Of a stretch of DNA of 64,000 nucleotides, positions 37,120 through 48,505 are shown one piece after another. The stretch is from Craspedostauros australis (lineage: Eukaryota): contig JALAGF010003801.1 in assembly GCA_030167865.1 (NCBI GenBank), positions 1-64,000 of the forward strand. Reading direction: 5' to 3'. A program made the translations under genes and the position numbers. Under the pieces are notes generated by a model. The model worked only from the letters and a program-made list of their open reading frames with translations, did not search any database and was not told where the DNA came from. Position 1 is the first letter of the stretch, and each line of letters starts with the position of its first letter.

Positions 37120-38795
37120 GGTATTATATAACGTAGTATAATATGATGCAACACCAGCGTATTGGTTGTATTCTCGTATGATTGTGGAGGGTGATGCTCG
37201 TCTACTCGTAGCTCGTACAGCGCTGACAAGACCCTTGCGTTGTCGAGACCACAGCAAACCTCTCAGCCCTGATCGAAATTCTCTCGTTGCGACCCAGAAG
37301 CTCTTGTCTGTATGATGTGATCACAAAGATGTGGAGATATTGGAGGAGAGGGGCGCCTTTCTGCGATTCTAATGCTGTTCTCCGCTTGATGTGACGACCT
37401 AGGCGGAGCGAGCAGGGTCCTCGTGGGTATGGCGAGATGGTGGCAATCTCCGTGCTGCGAAGTCTGATCTGATCTGATGTGTGGATGTGCGCAGTTGTGC
37501 CCCATGCAACCACGAGCGAAGGAGAAGGAAGACAGCAGGGAAATAAATCAACTGGCGTTTCACGTTAGGTCGTACTCCACTACAAGCACGAGGATACCTA
37601 CACGAAGAGCCACACGCTCCTTCACCACCATCTGGCGACATCGGAAAAACGTCACCTTCTCTTTCCCAATTCTGTCATTGCCTGCTGGATTGGTGTCTGT
37701 GGCCATCAAGCCTGTTGTATTGTCGAAACCGAACTTGACGTGGAGAGTCAGTACCATTTTTGAGTGCGCACACTCGATCACATTAATTCGATCTATACCT
37801 TGTCTGTGTCCAGTTGATGTCTCTTCGATAATTGAAGCATGACGTACGACCACATCATCATGCTCCAAAACACTGCGTCACAACAACAGTTCAGTCCTCG
37901 AAGCGCTCCAAGGAATCCTTCGCCGACCTCGACCTCAACCTCAACCACAACCTGAACTCTGTAGCGGATGTAGCAGCACCCTGCTTCGCTCCGCTCGCAG
38001 TAGCCGATCAGGACACGAAGCACGATCGCGATGATCTGTCGTGAGAAAACTCGACGAGTCTGATTTTGTACCATACTTTCAATTTTGACGCGAAAGTGCT
38101 GTGGCGCTGAGCAGCCAGTTTGCAACTGTTAGCACGATTCTTGCAACCATATCTTTAAAGGAAGAGGCGATTCATTTCAACCTCTCACGCCGTGCCAATT
38201 CTTTTGATGGATCTGAGCTCTTTCTCACCTCTTCTGTTTGCACAGTAACTTGTGCGAGATGCTACAGTTGTCGTTTCAGCTTCGCCATCGAGTCATGTGT
38301 ATGATTCCTTTCACGAGTTCTCTCACGCGTTCGTCGTCGTCACAACGAACATCGGACTTCTCGCTTTTTCGGACAAATCGCAGAAGCGTCAAACTCTTCT
38401 GACGTCCACGACTCGTTGATTCGTGACAACTTTCTGGTTCTTTGTGGTGTTCGAACGAAAGCCCAACATGTTCGATTGGGAGGAGACGAATGACACCAAC
38501 CCCAAACGATGCGGCACGATGATGCGCCGCACGTTCTCAGCAACACCTCCAAGGCAGACTCCCCATGGAGAGAGAGAGAGAGAGAGGGCGTCATCGAGCC
38601 GTGCAAGGTCGCGTGTTGGTTCATGTAATAGATACCATCGCACAGCATAGGTCGTAATTCAGCACGACACGACACGACACGACACAGCTGAGTAGACCAG
38701 AGCATAGCACAGTATCAAAAGAAGGAACTGAGGCGAATCTTCGACGACAATCTCCAAACGATACAGAAGACGCAATTGGCAATCCACAGCGAGTA

Positions 38796-40010
38796 ATGAC
38801 CATCGATCTGCCAATGCAAGCAACGATGGGGCCGGGCCTACCACCCTCCTTTCTATCAGCCACATCTTCCATGTTTGGCCGAATCCATCGCCAGCTTGCG
38901 GTCTGTCTCATTCTCGTCCTCCTTCTACACCAGGGCCAACAGTCCAACAGCGTGCTCGCTCAGCAGGATGAATCCGAAATGCTGGATTCGACGATTTGGC
39001 GGAAGAACGCCTGGACTAGCTTTCCGACCTTGGACGAGACTGTGGAGATGGCAAGGCTATCCGGCGTTGTCTACGACTTCGTCAAGCAGAAGAAAAATGC
39101 ATGCGAGTCGTACAAGGATGATCTTGGAACCACGTGCGAATGGTACTACCACGACGTCACGTTGGGCACGCAGGTGATGATCGTCACCAACGCCAAGCTG
39201 AAGTACATCGCTGTGGTGTACGCCGGAACGGATGACATCCGAACGACGTTGGAAGACGTTGACGTGCACAAGAAGAAGTTCGGCGACAAGGCGCAGACGG
39301 TCCATCTGCCGCAGACTGACGGCAAACCGCTCGTCCACGGCGGGTTTGACAACGCCGTTTTCGATCACGGTATATGGATGAACGTCTATCAGCACGTCAA
39401 GAAGTTACAGCGCCGGCATCCATTTTCGAGGCTGTGGACCACGGGGCATTCTCTGGGCGCCGCAAACGCGGTGCTGACATCCGTCGCCTTGTCGCTTGAG
39501 GGCTACTCTGTCACATCAATCAACTTTGGATGCCCTCGCATTGGCAACGATGCTTGGACCGAATTCTTCCGACAATACGTCCCATCATCGAAGATTGCGG
39601 GCCGTCTGGGAATTTGGCGAGTCGTGCTTGGCACCGACATCGTGCCGCGGTTGCCAGACTTCTTCACACATGCCGGCCACACGATCCAACTGTGGTCCGA
39701 TTCCCACCATCACAAGAAGGACGACGATCAGCATCCCATCGTCGTCCAGGCATTCTACAACCACTACGGCGACGCAACGCTTGGCTATGCGGGCGTCCCC
39801 AAAGGATGGTCGAAACGATCGCATGTGTGGAACCCACTCTCTCTCGCCGCACATCACATCTGCAAGTACAACGAGTTCCTGCAATCGATCCAGGCCGACC
39901 ATGACATCGACTGGGTGTCAAGTTTCGTGACCGTGGAAAACGATCAGGTTGATGACGATGAGTGGGTCAATCCGCCGGATGATGTGTACCCGCAAGCGTA
40001 CTTTCGTTAG
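38796..40010 (+). CDS. Secreted class-3 (fungal-type) lipase
   Basis: Signal-like LAVCLILVLLL; IAVVYAGTD, VHGGF, nucleophile GHSLG, NFGCPRIGN, DIVPRLP, HAG. The start may be a downstream Met (38871). Confidence 0.92.
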   Translation: MTIDLPMQATMGPGLPPSFLSATSSMFGRIHRQLAVCLILVLLLHQGQQSNSVLAQQDESEMLDSTIWRKNAWTSFPTLDETVEMARLSGVVYDFVKQKKNACESYKDDLGTTCEWYYHDVTLGTQVMIVTNAKLKYIAVVYAGTDDIRTTLEDVDVHKKKFGDKAQTVHLPQTDGKPLVHGGFDNAVFDHGIWMNVYQHVKKLQRRHPFSRLWTTGHSLGAANAVLTSVALSLEGYSVTSINFGCPRIGNDAWTEFFRQYVPSSKIAGRLGIWRVVLGTDIVPRLPDFFTHAGHTIQLWSDSHHHKKDDDQHPIVVQAFYNHYGDATLGYAGVPKGWSKRSHVWNPLSLAAHHICKYNEFLQSIQADHDIDWVSSFVTVENDQVDDDEWVNPPDDVYPQAYFR

Positions 40011-40478
40011 AACCTTGCATTGGCAAATTTTCGGAAACGGTAGTGCACCTCTGTGTGTAATCATATTACAAGTGCTGTATTGTATGTTAAGTAAGCACTC
40101 TATTCTGTTCATGTTTCGTGCTCCTACCAACTACACTCATGGTCCCGTCTCGTGCTGGCGTGGGCACGCACAACAAGAGCGCGTCGGGATGATACGCTTT
40201 TGATACCATCGGCCAGTTATCGAATTTGATGCCAAAGATCGGCGAAAGATTTGCCAAAACGTGGACTTCGCAGTCCCTCACCAAACACCAAACCGGCAAC
40301 AGCCAAAGAGAGAACATTGGCATCCAGACACTCCTCCGCTGCCCAACAGTAGCAGCATCAGCAGCAGCAGTGATCATACCATACATACTCGCACTGCAGT
40401 GATCCGCCATAAAGGAGACCATTCCGCAATAACTATTGTACATTAATACATTGACTACCGCAACAACGAACGATCGAG

Positions 40479-42793
40479 ATGGCATCCTACCACCGACATG
40501 TCGATCACCGCAGACGGTGGAGCACACAGAGCCTCGTCTCTGTGATGATGGTGTGGTCCTGTCTCTTCGCCTCCTCGCCACGCTGCTTCGCGTCCGCTTC
40601 TGCTACCAAGGGAAAGAACGGCACCGCATCGGGCGAAAGCGGACTGCTGTGGAACGACCTGTCCGTCACTTCCCACAACGGCCACCTGCTTTTGCAACCC
40701 AGCCAGGGATTTGTTGCCAGCGGAGAGCTCTGTGCCGTCATCGGCCCCAGCGGGGCTGGCAAAACGACCTTCCTCTCCTGCCTCGGCAGCACAGTCTCCC
40801 CTTCCTCCGGCCTTCAAGTGGATGGCGATGTCCTGTACCACAACACCGACTTGGGACGCAGCGAAGAGCTTCGGATGCAGGGCGGCCAAGTCGCCTGGCT
40901 GCAGCAGAAGGATTCCTTCTTTCACATGCTCACCGTGAGGGAAACGCTGGAGCTGGCTGCCTTTCTCGAGCTGCCGCAGTTCACGGAACGCCAACGGCTT
41001 CGAAGGGTCCAGGCCAACATGGACTCCTTGGGCTTGTCCAAACTGCAGCACAGGAGGGTGGGCAACGCCATGCGCCACAACGGACTCTCGGGCGGAGAAC
41101 AGCGGCGCCTGTCGTTGGCATTGGAATTGATCTCCAGTCCGAAGCTGTTTTTGGCCGATGAACCGACGTCGGGACTTGTAAGTTTTGGATTGTGGTTTGC
41201 GTGTCTTCACATTCGCAATCATGGCACAGCATGGTTTCATCACGATGTTGCTCGGTAACACACTTCGATGGAGTACTATCGCAAACTGCAGTGGTGCAAT
41301 CAGATGCTTGCGAATTGCTTCCATCTCATGCGCCATCCCATTTCATTGCTTCGTCGTATCGCGCTCACGCATGCGCATCCACGCATCTACATGAATCACC
41401 ATCCCATTTATCAACCTTGCCATCTTCGCAGGACTCCACCATGAGCCAAAAGGTCATCACCCTGATCAAGAAAATGTGCAAACAGCGAGAGATCCCATGC
41501 GTCCTCTCGTTGCACCAGCCGAGCTCGTCGATTTGGCGACAGCTGGACCAGCTGGTTCTCATGGCCCCGGGTGGCAGAGTCTGTTACTCTGGACCCAAGT
41601 CGGGTGCCATCTCACACTTTGCGAAGCTGGGATTTGATTGCCCGCAGCAAACCAATCCGGCGGAATTCCTCCTCGATCTTGTGTCCGTCGACTCGGAAGA
41701 TGTGTACCAATCGGAGAAGGATGAAGCTCGCATCGCGAGGTTGGCAGAGGCATTTTGGAGCAAGACCAAGGATTACCCGGTGGACAATGCACTGCCGGTC
41801 GTCCACCAGGATGCTAATGCAGGCGTCAAGAAGCGTCGCAATTGGGGAAGGCGGCAGATCCGACCATTCCACATCATCGAACGCTTCAATCGATTGCTCC
41901 TGCGTTCCTGGCGACAGAACATTCGCAACCGGGACGTCAATATCATCCGGCTGCTCCTTTCGGCAGGCAACGCCTACCTCTTCTCCGGCATCTTCCGATC
42001 CATCAAGAAGGAAATCTTCACGGCCAAGTCGGTCGCTGACAGAACTGCAATCTTGACATTCGGCATCATCAACATGACCATGATGGCGGTGATGAAGACC
42101 ATCGATCTGTTCGCCAAGGAAAAGCCGGTCGTCCAACGTGAACAGCAGCGCGACAATTATTCGAGCTTGGAATACCTGTTCTCCAAGTCGCTGGCGGAGA
42201 TACCGCTGGATGCGATCTTTGCGGCAGTTTTCACAACAGTCCTCAAGGCAACGACGGGACTTCGGATTGGTTGGAAGGATCTGACGGCAACCTTCAGCCT
42301 AATGACCGTCGCTGGCGCATCCCTGGGCTTCGCCATCGGTGCGTTCAGTCCCAGCAGCGAAGCAGCGTTAGCAACCGGCATTCCAATGCTCGTCATCCTC
42401 ATGGCGGTTGGCGTCATCAACCCCAGTGGACTCTCCGATGCCGAACCCCAACCGGCAATCATCCAGGCACTGCAGGAATTGAGCCCTATCGCGCATGCGG
42501 TCAAGGCCGTGTGCATCGCCGAGTATGGTGGGATGGAATTCGAAAGCGAACAAAAGTCCGTCCTCTCTAAAGGCAGGGCGCTTGCTCGCGATTTACCCAA
42601 GATGGGCGCATTTGCTTTGGTCCAGAATGGAGAGCAGGTGCTCAATGAATTGGGATTGAGCGATGTTACCTACGCGGGCACGATGAGGCAGCTGGCAGTG
42701 CTCTCTGCCATCAATTTGTTGGTGAGCTGGATGGGAATGAGGTTGCAAGCAACTCAGCACAAGTCATCGTCAACGGCCTTGGTGCCGCTGTAG
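40479..42793 (+). CDS. ABCG half-transporter (NBD-TMD); 2 exons
   Basis: Walker A GPSGAGKTT, signature LSGGEQRR, Walker B LFLADEPTSGL|D across intron 41178-41431, H-loop SLHQP, NPAEFLLD, then six-TM-type domain with LAEIP. Confidence 0.93.
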
Positions 42794-43029
42794 ATACTCT
42801 CCAGGGTATGGTACATCAGTGATATGGCGTGGGTGGAAATACGAAACGGGATGGAGCTAATATCGTCATGACATTGAGCATCTGTGCTCCATTTATTCCA
42901 AGTGTACTCAGACCGTGTTTGCTATGTGCCACAAGTATGTGGAATGCAATATTTAACACGGTGCAAATTGGATTGCTCTCCTCTCTGTATGGTACGCGCT
43001 GCAGGAGAAGATCTACACGTAATGGGACA

Positions 43030-44637
43030 TCATTGGCATGGCTGCTGTTCGGCTTTCCAAAATGCAACAACGATTGGATTCGGATAGCGCAGGGTAGCAG
43101 CGTACGAGGTCTCCCCAACCCACCCGCCTTTGCCACTTGCTCCTGTGCTGCTCATACCTTCGTCGGCAAACCTCCACTTCCACTGGTCTTCCAACAGACA
43201 CTCCAAAGTCGCCGAAATACACACCAAGGATAGAATGCCGGCCGGGCAACTCCGCTTTCCCATTCCAAATGGAGCCGGATGACCCGCCTTCCGTCGGTTG
43301 TCGGGGTCGAATTTCCACGTGTTGATCTCCGTTTCTTTCACCGATGTGATGCCATCGTCGTGGCCGTGTTCACTGGCATCGGCATCGTCGACATCGCCGA
43401 CATTGGCATCCCTGTCGACGCACGAATGAGTAGGAAGATGCTTGAGATGCACCATGGCCAACGTATCGACGATGAATCGAGAATTCGGCGGGAAGATCGG
43501 CATTGACGCAAATGCCGATTGATTCTCACGGTGTTCGTGGATTGCAAAATCTGGATTGCATCTGGGCAAGGTTGCGACGGGTGGCAGGATCCTCAAGGTT
43601 TCATTCGCCACTGCTCTGGCCAAGCTCTTCAATTCCGCGGCAGTGTCCGGTTTGCGTTGGAACTTTCCGTCGTGCTCAGCCATGTGTGCCATGCAGCCGG
43701 CCAGCGTTGTCGCCACGGTCTGCGTGCCAGCCAGCAAGGCCGAATGGCAGTTGCACACCACTTCTGATCTCGTCAAATAGGTTTGGCCATCGTTGCTGCT
43801 GCCAGTGCCCTCGTAGCCTTGCAAACAGCTGGCGAGACAACCGAACAGATTATGGGTGCCATTCGTAGAATCGGGATCGGAATGCGACTCAGATTTGTTT
43901 TGGTGCCGTTCGGTTGCAATGAGATTGACCAGTTGAACCACCACGGCGTTCAATTCCAATTCTTCTTTCCGGCTTCGCGCGCTGCGCAAGTCTGGAAGGA
44001 AGCACTTCTTCAATTTGGTCTGCAATTCGGTCCTCAGCTGTTTCACTTCCAAGGAGAGTTGTTCGTCATTTGCGTTGTCGCTGGAACCGAAAACTGCCAC
44101 CGCAATGGCCGCGACCGCAACATTCAATGAGAGGTCGCGAATGTCCAATCGTGCTGAGTTGGATGCGGACTTCCATGAATCTTCCAGCTGCCGTCGCAGG
44201 CAAGCTACAGCAGCCTCGCAGGCCTTCGCGCGAATTGCCTTCGACGAAGGATTGGTGCCGAATGCCTTTTGGACGATGCCGCGCTGACGTAGCCACGTTG
44301 CTCCATTCACGTTCGTCAACGCATCTCTCAATAGAGGAGTGCCTTTGTCGGGTTTGCTCAGAAGAAAGCGGTCGTTGGTTTCGTGCTCGTTCATCAACTT
44401 GGCGGTCATGTGAGGACAGACGATCTGGAATGAGGGGTTGGTGTTGTTGGGGCTGGACAAAGAGTAGCAGCATCTTCCATGCTCTTCCAGCGCTACCTTG
44501 CCATACTCGGCTCTCTGCACGGCTGGCGGGGATCGTCGCTGCTTCCCTGTTGCTGGAGTTGGCGGTGTTCCTTCCCTTCCATCCAGCGATGAAGAAGAGC
44601 CGTATGACGGGAAGAGCCGACTGAAACACTTGAACAT
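43030..44637 (-). CDS. Divergent cytochrome P450
   Basis: C-helix WLRQR, I-helix AGTQT, K-helix ETLR, FDPD meander-like motif, heme motif PFGMGKRSCPAG. No N-terminal TM visible. Confidence 0.85.
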   Translation of the reverse strand: MFKCFSRLFPSYGSSSSLDGREGTPPTPATGKQRRSPPAVQRAEYGKVALEEHGRCCYSLSSPNNTNPSFQIVCPHMTAKLMNEHETNDRFLLSKPDKGTPLLRDALTNVNGATWLRQRGIVQKAFGTNPSSKAIRAKACEAAVACLRRQLEDSWKSASNSARLDIRDLSLNVAVAAIAVAVFGSSDNANDEQLSLEVKQLRTELQTKLKKCFLPDLRSARSRKEELELNAVVVQLVNLIATERHQNKSESHSDPDSTNGTHNLFGCLASCLQGYEGTGSSNDGQTYLTRSEVVCNCHSALLAGTQTVATTLAGCMAHMAEHDGKFQRKPDTAAELKSLARAVANETLRILPPVATLPRCNPDFAIHEHRENQSAFASMPIFPPNSRFIVDTLAMVHLKHLPTHSCVDRDANVGDVDDADASEHGHDDGITSVKETEINTWKFDPDNRRKAGHPAPFGMGKRSCPAGILSLVCISATLECLLEDQWKWRFADEGMSSTGASGKGGWVGETSYAATLRYPNPIVVAFWKAEQQPCQ

Positions 44638-45630
44638 CGTCCAAGTCAAGAAGGTGGATGCAAGTGCGAGTGCGAGTGCGAGTGTGAGAACGGGACGAGT
44701 AATGACGAAGTTGGGATGCTTTCCTGTGGTGTCAGTTGCTTTCCTGTGATGTCACAGCTGCTGATGTTGTTGCTCAAGCTGCACATGCTTGGAATAGATG
44801 TATAATGGATCGTAGAGGAGGTATGAGTGTTGATGGTGCGGTGATGCTCTCTTGATGCTGTCTTGGTGTCTGGTTGTTCGTGGTTGCACCTGCCTGTCCC
44901 GCGAGGTTGGTTTTGTTGTCCTCGTTGTTGTCTCTTGTTCTTGTTTGGATGTGTTTGAATGCAGACGTGCATTCGTATTGTTTGAATATCTCCAATTTGG
45001 TATAGTTTTGTATCGAGAACTGTTTTCCAGCCCCACAGTTTGACCAGCGCAAACCGAACCATGTTCTCCTTCGCGCAGGGAACAGATCGCTACCAAACAA
45101 TCGTGTCATCTCACAGAGTTCCCATTCCTCGAAGTTCTTCGCCCACCAAAACGAACACCATGACACCTCTGGAAGCACGAAAGTTGTGCAAGCAACAGTG
45201 ACAAACAACACAGAGCGGTGATGTTGGCGATGACGATGTTTGGTTTCCACACGAGAGGTGTCATCACGTGTTCTTCCACATCGAAGCGCACCCGCACATC
45301 TAAGTGCACAACCAACACATACACCTCGCACCAACCACAACAACAACGGCAACAACGCTTCAACAAACGCAGCAAAGCACGGTAAAGCAGAGCAGAGCAA
45401 AGCTCCACACCAACACTCAGATAGTCACCGCCTCAAACGCAGGCACCAGCGGTGGCAGATCGCAAAACGACCACGACGTTGCCGCTTGGCCTGGTTCCGC
45501 CAATCGCGTTGGAAGCAACAAAAGGCCTTTGCTTCTCACAATCCAACCAAAGCCGCGGCAACCGTTCCTCCTCCCATTGCCTCTTCTCTCGGCTCTTGCC
45601 TTGAGAGACCGACGCAGGATCACACACAAC

Positions 45631-47571
45631 ATGGAGGCGAGCTTGCACACCACGATGACGGCGCCCAACAAGCAGGGATCAGCCTGGGATTCCAAGGAGA
45701 TCTCGCTGGATGCCGTGTCGAATATCATCCCCAATGGCAGCAGCGTATACATTGGGAGCTGCGGATCGAGCCCGGAGACCATATTGAAGGCAATGGTGGA
45801 TGATTACAAGCTGGCGGACATCCAGATCGTCCAAGGACTGCCCGGCGGGAATCTGCCGCATCTCGACGAGAATGTGGACCGCTTCCGCACGAGTTCCTTC
45901 TTCTGCTTCACTCGGACCACGTACTTCAAACCAGAGTACGCGACAAGCACGACGAAAGAGGGACTCTCCGATTACACGCCGGTATCCTTCTCCGCAATAC
46001 CTCGGCTGATCCGAGAAAACAAGCTGAGAGTGGACGTGGCCATCATCAAGGTCACCAAGCCACACAAGGGCTTCGTCAGTTTGGGGATGGGCGTGGAATG
46101 CACGAAGGAGGCTCTGCACCATGCCAAGATCGTGATTGCGGAGGTCAACGATCATCTCCCATGGACCGAAGGCCCTTCGAAGATATCGATCGATCACATC
46201 CATCACTGGATCCGCAATGACACCCCGCTTCTCACCTCGTCCCAGCTATGGCCTCAGTACTTCCACGCGAAGACGCATGACAAGTCCATTACGGACGCCC
46301 TTGGCAAGAACATCGTCAAAGAAATTCCGGACGGTGCTACCTTGAAATTCGGCTGGAGCCCGACCGTTTTCTGCGCCTTCCCGTTCCTGCGCCTGCGCAA
46401 GGACCTGGGGCTGCACACGGACGTCTTGACAGAAACCTTATACCAGCTGCATCAGGAGGGTGTGATCAACAACTCGAAGAAGACGATCGATCAAGGCCGC
46501 TCCATCATCACGCAGGCGCACGGGAGCAAGGAGCTGTACGAATTCCTGGATCGCAACCCCGCCATCGAGGTCCATCCAGCCGTGTACGTCGACGACCCGC
46601 AGGTCATGGCAAAGATCGACAACTTGGTCGCCGTCGTCGGAGCGCTGAAGGTTGATCTCACGGGGCAGGTTGCGACGGATTCCATCGCCCACAAGTTCTA
46701 CGGCGGCGTTTGGAGCGACGAAGACTCCATCCGCGGTTCGCGCTTCTCCAAGGGCGGCAAGTCCATCGTGGCATTGACATCCATGAGCCTGCATGGTCGG
46801 TCCAACATCGTCTTCGCACTACCGTCAGGAACCGGCGTGTCGATCACGCGATCGGATGTCGAGCACGTGGTGACCGAGTACGGCAGCGCCTACCTGTACG
46901 GCAAGAGCATCCGCGAGAGGTGCCTCGAGCTCATCCAGATCGCGCATCCCGATTTCAGACAGGGACTCCTGGAGGAGGCCAAGAAGCACCTATACGTGTC
47001 GCAGACCCAGCCAGGTTTCTTCTTCAACAGCAAGTACCCTGTCGAATTCGAGCAGATGCACCGCACCAGGAAAGGATCGCAGGTCTTCACTCGGCCCATC
47101 AAACCCGCCGATGAGGACATGCTGCGGCACTTCTTCCACCAGCTGTCGGATCACAGCGTGTACCTGCGCTACTTTCGCAGGTTGAAATCCATGCCGCAGC
47201 GCATCCTGCAGAAGACAACCGATCTCGACTACTCCAAGGACATGGCCTTGGTGGTGTTGCACCCAGCCCAGGCAGATCATGAGCATCAGGAGATGATCGC
47301 GATCGGCCAATGGGTGCACGACGCGAAGGATGGCGTTCCAGAGATCGCATTCCAAGTGCGAGATGACTGGCAAGGCCAAGGTCTCGGAAAGTTCCTGTTC
47401 CTGCGACTGGTCCAAATGACGGACCTGTACGAGATCCCAAAATTCAAATCGGACGTCCTGGACGGAAACAAGGCCATGAAGTCCATCTTTGAAAACTCTG
47501 GCATCCCGTACGAGAAAAGATCCGACTTCGGCGTCGTGACGTACACCTTCGATCTGACCGCCAACAAATGA
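45631..47571 (+). CDS. Acetyl-CoA hydrolase/4-hydroxybutyrate CoA-transferase-like domain fused to a C-terminal Pat-type GNAT acetyltransferase; intronless, 646 aa
   Basis: VDVAIIKVTKP..GFVSLG, VIAEVN, IPDGATL, DLGLHT, VDLTGQV, SKGGKSI, VVTEYG.A.L.GKSIRER..LI.IAHPDFR. GNAT: RPIKPADE..LRHFFHQLSDHSVYLRYF, DLDYSKDMALV, EIAFQVRDDWQGQGLG. Confidence 0.92.
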   Translation: MEASLHTTMTAPNKQGSAWDSKEISLDAVSNIIPNGSSVYIGSCGSSPETILKAMVDDYKLADIQIVQGLPGGNLPHLDENVDRFRTSSFFCFTRTTYFKPEYATSTTKEGLSDYTPVSFSAIPRLIRENKLRVDVAIIKVTKPHKGFVSLGMGVECTKEALHHAKIVIAEVNDHLPWTEGPSKISIDHIHHWIRNDTPLLTSSQLWPQYFHAKTHDKSITDALGKNIVKEIPDGATLKFGWSPTVFCAFPFLRLRKDLGLHTDVLTETLYQLHQEGVINNSKKTIDQGRSIITQAHGSKELYEFLDRNPAIEVHPAVYVDDPQVMAKIDNLVAVVGALKVDLTGQVATDSIAHKFYGGVWSDEDSIRGSRFSKGGKSIVALTSMSLHGRSNIVFALPSGTGVSITRSDVEHVVTEYGSAYLYGKSIRERCLELIQIAHPDFRQGLLEEAKKHLYVSQTQPGFFFNSKYPVEFEQMHRTRKGSQVFTRPIKPADEDMLRHFFHQLSDHSVYLRYFRRLKSMPQRILQKTTDLDYSKDMALVVLHPAQADHEHQEMIAIGQWVHDAKDGVPEIAFQVRDDWQGQGLGKFLFLRLVQMTDLYEIPKFKSDVLDGNKAMKSIFENSGIPYEKRSDFGVVTYTFDLTANK

Positions 47572-48505
47572 CATGAAACTGGAGCTGGAACTGAAACTGG
47601 AAGGTGAGGACAAAGAAGAGTGCGAAGCAAGAGGAAAAGGGATATGGAAGTCAGAGTGAGAGCGAGAGCGAGAGCGTAAGTGGCGGATTCGACTTGACAC
47701 GTCATGGCGGATCTCGGATCTCACGATGTATCGATGGCGCTTCAGGCGGCCGACCATGCTGTCTTTCATTCCAGCCCAACCCACGCATGCTGGCCCATTC
47801 CATTCCGATTCTTTGCGCCATAGTTCATTACATGCCCATACATGTATTATACGATAATGTAATAGATTATCCATCACAGTGCAAGTATTGCCTTGTACTC
47901 TATCTGAAGTAGTCTAGAGAGAGAGAGAGAGAGAGACCATACAAGCAAGCTTCAAGTCCTCCAACTCTTCGAGGAGTCCGATTGCGGTTCCATTCCACGA
48001 GTTACTCCACTGGATCCCGCCCGCCAACATGTCGACATCAAAGTTCGCGCTGTTCTGCCTCACCAGGTGTTGGCTGGTGCACCAGTGGGACACCTTTGTG
48101 TTGTTTCGTCTTGTCCGCGTGCCCAGCGCTTCGTGTCGCATCATCTGAAGCGCGTTAATTGCGACGCCTCGAATCGCGCGTCAGTGAGATCTTCGAGTCA
48201 CACAACACATACTTTTTGGGATAAAATTTGTCGTCACACTGCATGGGCGCAGGCGAAGGTTGGACGTCGCGTTTTGGGGAGGAGAGATGAGTGGAGAATC
48301 CCTTCATCCAGCAACCAGTCGCGAGTTACGAGCAAGGAGATGGACAGATCGCGCTCTTGGCCACGCCATGACACTGCACAGCAGCGAAACGCCTCCATTT
48401 GTCGACCAACCAGCACCGTTGGCTCATAATTTCACGAAAGGGATTGGAAGCAACCATCACCATCACCATCATCATCATCCAAAACGACTGACGGCACAGA
48501 GCGAA

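Noticed and set aside
45304-45630. N-terminal extensions in the ORF track from GTG/TTG starts (also 6439, 20336, 48260)
   Set aside because: Eukaryotic locus; the extensions are CA-rich UTR-like sequence upstream of better ATG contexts.
1057-47571. Functional link between HU and the Pat-type GNAT (bacterial HU is acetylated)
   Set aside because: 44 kb apart with different predicted compartments; no sequence evidence for coupling.
45631-47571. Bacterial contamination or chimeric assembly as the source of the bacterial-like genes
   Set aside because: Flanks, UTR style and codon bias match neighbouring intron-containing genes, and HU and pfp carry spliceosomal introns.
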